A stretch of DNA of 40,000 nt from an uncultured phage cr50_1: sequence record MT774375.1, one strand, 5' to 3'. The notes under the pieces were generated by a model. That model worked only from the letters and a program-made list of their open reading frames with translations, made no database searches and was not told the DNA's origin. The translations under genes and the position numbers were made by a program. Positions 19,197-26,166 of the stretch are shown here, piece by piece (within the stretch, counting starts at the first letter, position 1; each line of letters opens with the position of its first letter).

Positions 19197-19622
19197 ATGA
19201 TAAACATGAAAATTAAAATCGATTTTACGCATCCTAATGTACGTAGTTATAAATTACAAGCTATTAAAGCACTTAAAGAAATTACAGGCATGGGACTTAA
19301 AGAAGCAAAAGATACTGTAGATTCTGGCGATTACACTATTGTGCAGAGTAAAAAATCAGAGAAAGACGTAGAAGTAGAATATAGAACAGTATTAAATATA
19401 TTTGAAATAAATGGTATAATAGAACCTCATTCATTCTGTACTTTAATTACAGAAAAGAATTCTGTTAAAGAAATTGAACCAGACGTCGTAAAAGTAGGTT
19501 CAGTATACATTATTACTGAGGAAAAATATCAGTATCTTCGCAAATCTCTAAGCATCCTTATGGATTTACTTGGTACATCCAAACAATTCATCCAAGCACA
19601 CGATGCTTTATTAAATAAATAA
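19197..19622 (+). CDS. Protein with ribosomal protein bL12 C-terminal-domain-like segment
   Basis: VRSYKLQAIKALKEITGMGLKEAKDTVDSGDYTIVQ matches the L7/L12 CTD pattern (K.xxIKxxREITGLGLKEAKxxV). Confidence 0.7.
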   Translation: MINMKIKIDFTHPNVRSYKLQAIKALKEITGMGLKEAKDTVDSGDYTIVQSKKSEKDVEVEYRTVLNIFEINGIIEPHSFCTLITEKNSVKEIEPDVVKVGSVYIITEEKYQYLRKSLSILMDLLGTSKQFIQAHDALLNK

Positions 19623-19624
19623 GT

Positions 19625-19846
19625 ATGGATACTATAACAAAAAGTAGCATTAAATGCTTAATTTATATAATAATATTGTTTGTTACAATATGTGGTGGAC
19701 TTTATGCTGTAATTTCTACAAAAGAATTAATAGCAGTATCATTAGGTGCAGGAATTATATGTGGTTTATTATTTATATTAATAAATATAGAATCACAAAA
19801 AATCGAAAAATATTTAATTGAAGAAGAAGAAAAACAACAAGATTAA
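19625..19846 (+). CDS. Small membrane protein
   Basis: 73 aa with two hydrophobic stretches. Confidence 0.5.
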   Translation: MDTITKSSIKCLIYIIILFVTICGGLYAVISTKELIAVSLGAGIICGLLFILINIESQKIEKYLIEEEEKQQD

Positions 19847-19885
19847 GGCAATATTGCAAAGTTTTATTAATAAATCAATTATTTT

Positions 19886-20350
19886 ATGAACAAATTTCGT
19901 GACTGGGCATTAGGATGCCTATGTTTAGTACTATTAGGAGCAATCCTATGGTACGGGTACGATAAGTACCATGGTACAAAACCAGAAATGGTTGAAGATC
20001 AACAAAGCACCGAAGTAATTATTCCTACTTTGGATCAAAAGTTAAACGATTGGAATGCAGAGAAACATAACACTGAACTGTATGATCTCTGTATGGAACT
20101 TCCCGAGCAAATAGTTAAAACTATTCTTAATAGAATAGGTACAACTGCAACTTATGAAGAGATAGCTGAGGAATATCTTCGTAATACTAATTATTATATT
20201 AGTATGCAGTTAAAAGAAGTTATGCCGGGAATAACTGGTCCAGATGCTAAAAATGCTAAAGTGGAAATAAGAACCGAGGTAGAAAGGCCAATACCAGAGA
20301 AAGATAAACCTGTAACTGTTCCAGTAATAGTGAAAGATTCAGTCAAATAA
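19886..20350 (+). CDS. Membrane-anchored hypothetical protein
   Basis: 154 aa; N-terminal TM DWALGCLCLVLLGAILWYGY. Confidence 0.55.
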   Translation: MNKFRDWALGCLCLVLLGAILWYGYDKYHGTKPEMVEDQQSTEVIIPTLDQKLNDWNAEKHNTELYDLCMELPEQIVKTILNRIGTTATYEEIAEEYLRNTNYYISMQLKEVMPGITGPDAKNAKVEIRTEVERPIPEKDKPVTVPVIVKDSVK

Positions 20351-20371
20351 TTCTCTTATACAAAGCCTTTG

Positions 20372-20401
20372 GTACGTATTGCCTGTGAAGGTAATACGTA
20401 C
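20372..20401 (+). promoter_or_regulatory. GUGA-tetraloop hairpin 4
   Basis: GTACGTATTGCCT-GTGA-AGGTAATACGTAC, 13 bp. Confidence 0.65.
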
Positions 20402-20783
20402 AATCCTCAGGAGATGACAAGCATGTGGGGCGTAAGTAAATGCATATCTATATACTTAGCTGAATACGACAGAAAGAATATAGAAATACTCGTATTTGTG
20501 TTTATGATCGTGCAGATGTAAAAATCATGCCGTTAATAAGAATTGTACTGGCAATACAATTCTGCTACAACGTAAAATATGTTAGATAGCCAATTTTAAG
20601 AAGTTTTGTGTAAAAGTTTTTTAATATTTATTTTGCAGACATAAAACTTCACAACAATTCTTGTTATTAGTTACTCACAGTACAATGTGAGTTGTTGTTA
20701 ATCAACAATCGTTCATTCACAAACCTTCCCCATAGTTGTACATATGGGGACATCCTCAAAGTTATAACTTAAATTTATCAAAA

Positions 20784-21218
20784 ATGAAACAGTTATTATT
20801 GTATGGTAGCACAGGTAATAATGTCTGTGTTATCCAAATTCCGACTAATTGGTCAGTTGATGAAGCTAGAGAATTTCTAGAAAAAGCTCTCTTAGAATTC
20901 GCAGCAAATAAGCAACACAACGAATTCTTTTCAATTTCAAATGAAGATGAACTCAACCAGAAATGGCCTAAGAAATCTTCAGAAATTGAAGAGTGTTGTA
21001 AAATTATTCTCAACAACATTGGCAGTCCAATTAATGGTGCTGGTGGTCTAATTTGGCAAGTCAGATTACAGTCATACATTATGACAAATCCTGATTTTAC
21101 AAACAGACTATTCAAAGCCTTTGAGAAAAAATTAACTCGAGAAGAAGAGGCATTTCTAAGTGCCAATTATCTCGAGTTATTACCCACTTTAGTTAAAACT
21201 ATTAAAAATAGTTTATAA
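20784..21218 (+). CDS. Hypothetical protein
   Basis: ORF track 20736-21218; ATG at 20784 (MKQLLLYGSTGNNVCVIQIP...) preceded by TTTATCAAAA is the likelier start. Confidence 0.6.
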   Translation: MKQLLLYGSTGNNVCVIQIPTNWSVDEAREFLEKALLEFAANKQHNEFFSISNEDELNQKWPKKSSEIEECCKIILNNIGSPINGAGGLIWQVRLQSYIMTNPDFTNRLFKAFEKKLTREEEAFLSANYLELLPTLVKTIKNSL

Positions 21219-21334
21219 TGAGTAAAACATTTAAAGACTCAAAAGGTACAAAACAAGGACGATCTGAAAAAGGTCGTCCTAAGCCAAAAATGACTCCTTA
21301 CAAAAAGAGTACAAAAGTAAAAGAAGAATATTAA
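21218..21334 (+). CDS. 38-aa Lys-rich small protein
   Basis: MSKTFKDSKGTKQGRSEKGRPKPKMTPYKKSTKVKEEY*, starting at the end of the previous ORF. Confidence 0.5.
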   Translation: MSKTFKDSKGTKQGRSEKGRPKPKMTPYKKSTKVKEEY

Positions 21335-21554
21335 TCTCTCGCCAGTTATTGATATTTTTTAATTTTACATATATGGTGGTTATCCCCAAAAAGTCATGAA
21401 TAAGCCAGAGTCCTAAGGCAAATCAAAGCTATATGAAGATGTATAGTACGCTGATAAAGTAAAGGGGCTAGTGTATGATAAGACAACAAAGATTACACCG
21501 TGACTTTATTCTAAGACAACACAACATTTAACAAAATAAAATCAATTTATTAAA

Positions 21555-21947
21555 ATGCGAAGTAGAAAAAAGATGGAAACTACAAGAATTCGCAAAGCGA
21601 ATGCTGTAGTAAAAGAAAAAGAGATTCTGTATTTTGCACAGGATAGAGATGTAAGTACTCGCATGCTTGCAATACTATCCGTAAGTAAAACAAAATCTGG
21701 AGTAATGAAAGAGATAAAAGGTGCTGATGGAAAAGTCCAACAAATACTTTGTCCTGAAATTACTCGCTACAAAGTTATTTGTGGCTCCAATGGAAAAGTT
21801 GGAACAAGATTCAATACAGTAGCGTATGTTATTGTATGTAGGAAGGATATTCATAGAATAATCAATGAGACTCTAACTTGGAGTGAAACTAATCAAAGAA
21901 TAAGTTTCTGGAACAATGTATATAATATGGCAGAAGATATAGAATAA
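21555..21947 (+). CDS. Hypothetical protein
   Basis: 130 aa ORF. Confidence 0.55.
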   Translation: MRSRKKMETTRIRKANAVVKEKEILYFAQDRDVSTRMLAILSVSKTKSGVMKEIKGADGKVQQILCPEITRYKVICGSNGKVGTRFNTVAYVIVCRKDIHRIINETLTWSETNQRISFWNNVYNMAEDIE

Positions 21948-21995
21948 AAACTTTTTTAAAAATCAATTTTATAAACCTTTTAAATTATCAAAATT

Positions 21996-22373
21996 ATGGC
22001 AGATTTCAATTTAGATGCAAAAATGCAAGAGCAAGAGAACAATCAAGGTAAAGTTAACACTTCCGCAGTAGATAAAGCAAAAGAGAATATTGCTGCAAAG
22101 AAGTTAGAACAAGAGACTCGTGAGGTTGAACGTCGTCTATCCAATGCAGAATCTACAGAAGATCGTGCATTAAAGGAATTACGTATGGCTCGTAAGAAAG
22201 AGGAAGCTCAAAAAGCATTTTTGACAGCTGTATCTACAGCTAAAACAAAGTTTGAGTCCGACGGAGATTATCGTGCATACGACAAAGCCGTTGAAGAAGC
22301 CGAAGAGAAGCGTGACAAGGCCGTTAGTGAGGCTAAGCGTGCTATCTATGGTGAAGATTATTGGCGTTATTGA
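21996..22373 (+). CDS. Charged coiled-coil-like protein
   Basis: 125 aa, rich in E/K/A heptad-like sequence. Confidence 0.6.
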   Translation: MADFNLDAKMQEQENNQGKVNTSAVDKAKENIAAKKLEQETREVERRLSNAESTEDRALKELRMARKKEEAQKAFLTAVSTAKTKFESDGDYRAYDKAVEEAEEKRDKAVSEAKRAIYGEDYWRY

Positions 22374-22399
22374 TACCCATTGATCACTCCAAATCAGAG

Positions 22400-22458
22400 C
22401 TGAGAGTGTCCGAGAGGCCTCTCAGTCTCTAATTATAGCTATATGCTGTAGTTAGAGA
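22400..22458 (+). ncRNA. Tandem strong hairpins (possible terminator or processing structure)
   Basis: CTGAGAG...CTCTCAG (22400-22425), then TCTCTAA-t-TATAGC-tatat-GCTGTA-g-TTAGAGA (22426-22458). Confidence 0.55.
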
Positions 22459-22580
22459 TTAATGCCACGATTTAAAACTTCCGAATCGATAGTAGGAAAA
22501 ATTACTCTGAATTAACAGAGTACTCAAGAGCCTTGAGCCAGAGTGGAAACTTTGAGCCACTGATCATGTGCCTAAGATCA

Positions 22581-22684
22581 TTACTATCACTTGAAAAGTA
22601 ACAGGATGTTACTGCTGAATCGCTAGAACCTTGAGTCAAGACCTAGTGATAGGCTTACGTAAGTAAGTTAAGTATAGTAATGAT
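22581..22684 (+). ncRNA. Candidate multibranch structured RNA
   Basis: Closing helix CATTACTAT/ATAGTAATG encloses AGTAAC-aggat-GTTACT, CTTG-agt-CAAG and CTTACGTAAG elements. Confidence 0.45.
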
Positions 22685-22698
22685 ATCAAATCACACAT

Positions 22699-22770
22699 AG
22701 AATTAGAGCTTTAAGCCGAAGTTGATGGTTATCGTCTTTTGATGGTAATTTAAAACTTCAAATTCTATAG
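22699..22770 (+). ncRNA. Candidate structured RNA
   Basis: ATAGAATT (22699-22706)/AATTCTAT (22763-22770) encloses GAAGTT/AACTTC. Confidence 0.45.
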
Positions 22771-22840
22771 ATCTATCAAAGGCATTTACTATAGTAATAG
22801 AGAGCTTACATGCCTAAGTATTCTTTTTGAGGAGGTAAAT

Positions 22841-22891
22841 ATGTATGCAAGCCGCATTGCGCACTCTTACAGAGTAATACACTCGCAATAA
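22841..22891 (+). CDS. Possible 16-aa micro-ORF with strong Shine-Dalgarno-like sequence
   Basis: GAGGAGGTAAAT-ATG encoding MYASRIAHSYRVIHSQ*. Confidence 0.3.
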   Translation: MYASRIAHSYRVIHSQ

Positions 22892-22996
22892 AGAAGGATA
22901 CTTACTATTACTATAGATATTTTAAAGAGAGTAAAGAGAGAGATCTCTTTACTTTCACTATCCCAATTTGGGAATTTGTTTGGAATTTTTCAAATT

Positions 22997-23075
22997 CATA
23001 GTATAAGAACTGTACTATGTCTTATTAGGTTTATTGGAAACTATTAGGACGAGGGTTCGATTCCCTCCAACTCCA
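22997..23075 (+). ncRNA. ssrA: Permuted tmRNA, acceptor (3') piece
   Basis: Hairpin CATAGTA/TACTATG; P2 3' strand ACTATTAG (23040-23047); GGAC; T arm GAGGG-TTCGATT-CCCTC; acceptor CAACTCC plus A (23068-23075). 5' end of the piece is uncertain. Confidence 0.78.
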
Positions 23076-23182
23076 CATCTTTTTAAGTTTTAATTCGGTG
23101 ATGTCACGCATGAATCATGGATAAAAGAATACGGCAGTAATCGCTTCCAGTACTATAAGTTCGTAATAGTATAAGGATACCT

Positions 23183-23228
23183 GCCACCCACGGTCAGAAG
23201 CATAGAGGTTCGACTCCTCTTGGCAAGG
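23183..23228 (+). ncRNA. T-arm-like element inside the permuted tmRNA intervening segment
   Basis: AGAGG-TTCGACT-CCTCT with outer pairing TGCCA/TGGCA across an asymmetric internal loop. Confidence 0.45.
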
Positions 23229-23289
23229 GTATAAACCACTCCTAGATTAAAAGCCGCAAAGCTTCCAAGCAGGTGTGAGGCCTGCATAA

Positions 23290-23418
23290 GGGGTTGCATG
23301 GATTTGACTAGTAGTGAAAGGTAAAATAGGTTCGATTTAAAATTAAATGGCAATAACTTTGTCACAGATTATACTGCGATAGGAGCGTAATCTAACGTGC
23401 TAACTACGAAAGTGAGGG
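23290..23418 (+). ncRNA. ssrA: Permuted tmRNA, coding (5') piece
   Basis: GGGGTTG (23290-23296) pairs with CAACTCC at 23068-23074; CATGGATTTGAC resembles the tmRNA 5' consensus; P2 5' strand CTAGTAGT (23308-23315); candidate tag frame 23349-23390. 3' end is set tentatively by the next tRNA-like 5' end. Confidence 0.78.
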
Positions 23419-23489
23419 TATCTGATAGCTTAATGGTCAAAGCCTTGGATTTTACCAAGAGATTGTGGGTTCGAGTCCCACTCAGATAA
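23419..23489 (+). tRNA. tRNA-like element, 6-nt anticodon loop (ATTTTA)
   Basis: TATCTGA/TCAGATA acceptor; D arm GCTT-AATGGTCA-AAGC; CTTGG-ATTTTA-CCAAG; T arm GTGGG-TTCGAGT-CCCAC. Confidence 0.72.
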
Positions 23490-23523
23490 CAACTTTTTAT
23501 TAATCAATAATAATTAAAAGCGT

Positions 23524-23892
23524 ATGGATGTAAAATACGAAAGTAAAAGACTAGTAATGTTTCGAAAGGAATGTATACTAGCAGGTCCTAGAGACTCTGT
23601 AGTAGGATTCTTTAGGTTTTTGAAGGAATTAGGGGCAGATGTAGCCAAAACAGTTAATTCTGAAAATCTAGTAACTTCAAGAGGAAAAATAGTTCTTCTT
23701 CTTAAAAATGAGGGGAAAAATAAATTATTTCCACAAGTAACTGTGTTAAATAGAACATGGTGGGATTTCTACCATAATCCTAGAAAACACAAAACTAAGA
23801 TTAAAACATACAATCTTCCAAAACAATGGAAACAAGTATGTGAAAGTATCTTAATCCTTGAAAATGTACCACTATTAATTCCTGAATCATGA
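23524..23892 (+). CDS. Hypothetical protein
   Basis: 122 aa ORF. Confidence 0.55.
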   Translation: MDVKYESKRLVMFRKECILAGPRDSVVGFFRFLKELGADVAKTVNSENLVTSRGKIVLLLKNEGKNKLFPQVTVLNRTWWDFYHNPRKHKTKIKTYNLPKQWKQVCESILILENVPLLIPES

Positions 23893-24065
23893 AACTTGAA
23901 CATTGGATTTATTTTGAAAAAGGAGAAAAAGCAAAACTCCAAGAAATAATGAATACTTACTCTGAAGAGTTTCAACAACTTGAGGCAATTCAGAAAGAAT
24001 TTGAAGTTGATATGCTAACAGCTTCTAGAGTAATCAATATATATAATAATAAAATAAGAAAGTAA
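23889..24065 (+). CDS. 58-aa hypothetical protein
   Basis: MKLEHWIYFEKGEKAKLQEIMNTYSEEFQQLEAIQKEFEVDMLTASRVINIYNNKIRK*, overlapping the previous stop (ATGA). Confidence 0.5.
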   Translation: MKLEHWIYFEKGEKAKLQEIMNTYSEEFQQLEAIQKEFEVDMLTASRVINIYNNKIRK

Positions 24066-24066
24066 C

Positions 24067-24558
24067 ATGAAGGCGGGAATTTATCTAGTTAAAGACAAAT
24101 TTAGTGAAGCTAAGCATCTACTATCTTTAAATGGTAAAGAACCATTTATAAGAATAGAGAATTGCATTAGTTTATCTGAATTTGCATGTGGTAAACTTGA
24201 AAAGGATCATTGTGTAGTAAAAGAAATTCTAGAAAATCCAGAGAATTTCGAGTTCTCTCTATTATCAAATGAAGTTGAGAAAACATTAGAAATAAGAGAA
24301 GAACCAGAAGAATTACCTACACTATCTGATGATGAATACATGAGAATTACTCAAGATGAGTTCATTCAACCTGATGGAGAACTTAGTCAAGTACTAGCGA
24401 TAGCAGAAATTAATGCTGTCTTTCATACAGACTGGGATAAATCTCGTGAGATCTTTACAAACATAGTATTACCTAGATATGAGGCAGAAAAATGGGAAAG
24501 ACTTCAGTTAAAGAATCGCTCATCTTCAATCAGCGAGGCGACCTCTGTGATAAGCTAA
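24067..24558 (+). CDS. Hypothetical protein
   Basis: 163 aa ORF. Confidence 0.55.
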   Translation: MKAGIYLVKDKFSEAKHLLSLNGKEPFIRIENCISLSEFACGKLEKDHCVVKEILENPENFEFSLLSNEVEKTLEIREEPEELPTLSDDEYMRITQDEFIQPDGELSQVLAIAEINAVFHTDWDKSREIFTNIVLPRYEAEKWERLQLKNRSSSISEATSVIS

Positions 24559-24992
24559 AAACATTTTTACTACAGGAGTGTGATAAAGCATATATACCAA
24601 CATGTACAGATCAAGGCTTTCGCTTTGATTGGAAAATTATAGGTCTAGAGTATGAAAAATACTTTGGATATCCACATTTAGGTAAAGATGGTACTATGTA
24701 TCCTATAAAACCAAATGATATCTCTTTTGAAGTATGGCAGAAAGCTATACCCCAAGTAAGAGAATGGATTTGGTGGGTATCCTACAAATTATTTTATCCT
24801 ACAAGAATAATAGGTCGTAGTAACGCTGCTGATAGAGTACTGTTAAGAATTTCAGTATCTCTACTTGACAAAATAGAGTTACCTAAATATTATATAGATA
24901 ATATGTTTGATAATCTAGTAGTATGTTATTACTCTAGAAAAAGAGCATATAATTCATATTTCTATAAAAGTATTTTAGGTATACCATTTTAG
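24492..24992 (+). CDS. Hypothetical protein
   Basis: 166 aa ORF overlapping the previous by 67 nt. Confidence 0.5.
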   Translation: MGKTSVKESLIFNQRGDLCDKLKTFLLQECDKAYIPTCTDQGFRFDWKIIGLEYEKYFGYPHLGKDGTMYPIKPNDISFEVWQKAIPQVREWIWWVSYKLFYPTRIIGRSNAADRVLLRISVSLLDKIELPKYYIDNMFDNLVVCYYSRKRAYNSYFYKSILGIPF

Positions 24993-25071
24993 TTTAGAAA
25001 TAAGGAAGTGTAATAAGATTTGCCTACTTTCAGACAAGATTGCTGTGTCGTCGCAGAGGGCGTTCTAAACA

Positions 25072-25103
25072 AAGTACTAGAGGTTCGACTCCTCTAGTAC
25101 TTA
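25072..25103 (+). ncRNA. Perfect acceptor/T-arm minihelix
   Basis: AAGTACT-AGAGG-TTCGACT-CCTCT-AGTACTT-A: 7 bp plus 5 bp coaxial helix closed by a canonical T loop. Confidence 0.7.
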
Positions 25104-25122
25104 CTAACCAAACTGCTAGTTT

Positions 25123-25680
25123 ATGAATGATGAAAACTCATTAATAGACCAAGCGAAACGTGGTGATGAAAAGGCTTTTAATCAATTATATAATCGGTAT
25201 TATAAATTGATAAGATATATTATTTTTGACATTGTTAAAGATGATAATCTTACTCAAGATTTATTGAGTAATACATTTATAAAAGCCTTCGGTAAACTCA
25301 ATTCCTATGTAAATCCTATAAGCTTCGAAGCGTGGCTCAAAACAATTGCAGTAAATACTACAATTGATTATATTAGAGCCTCGAAGGATTTACAAAAGAA
25401 TTTCAGCATAGATGATGAGAATAATAAGACTCAATTAGAAGAAACAGCTCCAGATCCCGAATCAGATATGATTAAAACAGAGAATGTAGAACTTCTTAGA
25501 GTTGCATTATCTCGCCTAAGATCTAAATATCGTAATTTACTCGAGATGCGATATTTTGAAGGTCTTAGTTACGATCAACTTAGCGTTAAGCTTGGTATTC
25601 CTATTGGTACTGTAAAGTCCGATTTGAACAAAGCAAAACATAAGTTGAGAGAAATATTTCAAAAACTTTCAAAAAATTAA
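25123..25680 (+). CDS. ECF-type sigma-70-like factor
   Basis: 185 aa; sigma2-like DEKAFNQLYNRYYKLIRYI...AWLKTIAVNTTIDYIR; sigma4-like LLEMRYFEGLSYDQLSVKLGIPIGTVKSDLNKAKHKLREIF. Confidence 0.85.
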   Translation: MNDENSLIDQAKRGDEKAFNQLYNRYYKLIRYIIFDIVKDDNLTQDLLSNTFIKAFGKLNSYVNPISFEAWLKTIAVNTTIDYIRASKDLQKNFSIDDENNKTQLEETAPDPESDMIKTENVELLRVALSRLRSKYRNLLEMRYFEGLSYDQLSVKLGIPIGTVKSDLNKAKHKLREIFQKLSKN

Positions 25681-25686
25681 CAAAAC

Positions 25687-26076
25687 ATGACAACAACATC
25701 TTTCATCTGTATGTTAGTTGCTTTGGTTTTACTAATTGTTGCAATTGGTAGAGTACAAGGCAGTCCAAAAGTAGCTGCGAATCTTTTGATCGCTTTAGCT
25801 TTTGGAGTTGTTGTAGGCTTAGGAATCAATAGTAAGAATGACATTCGTAAGTCATCTAAAAATGATACTAAGATTGAGAAGATCTCTAATGTAAACCAAT
25901 TGCCCATACAGGCTATGCAGATTATTGGAGTGACACCAGTAATTACTGCAACAGTTGAGTCTGTAGGTAAGGCTCATAATTGGTTTATTAGAGATCAAGG
26001 AGACCTACAACAAAGTGTAAACCATCTCACCTATGTGAGTACTAGGGCCAGCCCTATATACGAGGATTCAAGTTAG
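25687..26076 (+). CDS. Membrane-anchored hypothetical protein
   Basis: 129 aa; two hydrophobic N-terminal segments. Confidence 0.5.
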   Translation: MTTTSFICMLVALVLLIVAIGRVQGSPKVAANLLIALAFGVVVGLGINSKNDIRKSSKNDTKIEKISNVNQLPIQAMQIIGVTPVITATVESVGKAHNWFIRDQGDLQQSVNHLTYVSTRASPIYEDSS

Positions 26077-26166
26077 ATTACAAGAATTTATCGGGATCAT
26101 CGTATGTATAATTATTAGTTTAACAATTAAAACGCTGTAAAAAGGACAGTATAAAATCAATTTAAA

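Noticed and set aside
23076-23289. A normal tRNA gene ending at 23228
   Set aside because: No upstream CTTGCCA-type strand at tRNA distance for the TGGCAAG acceptor; only a T-arm-like element is supported.
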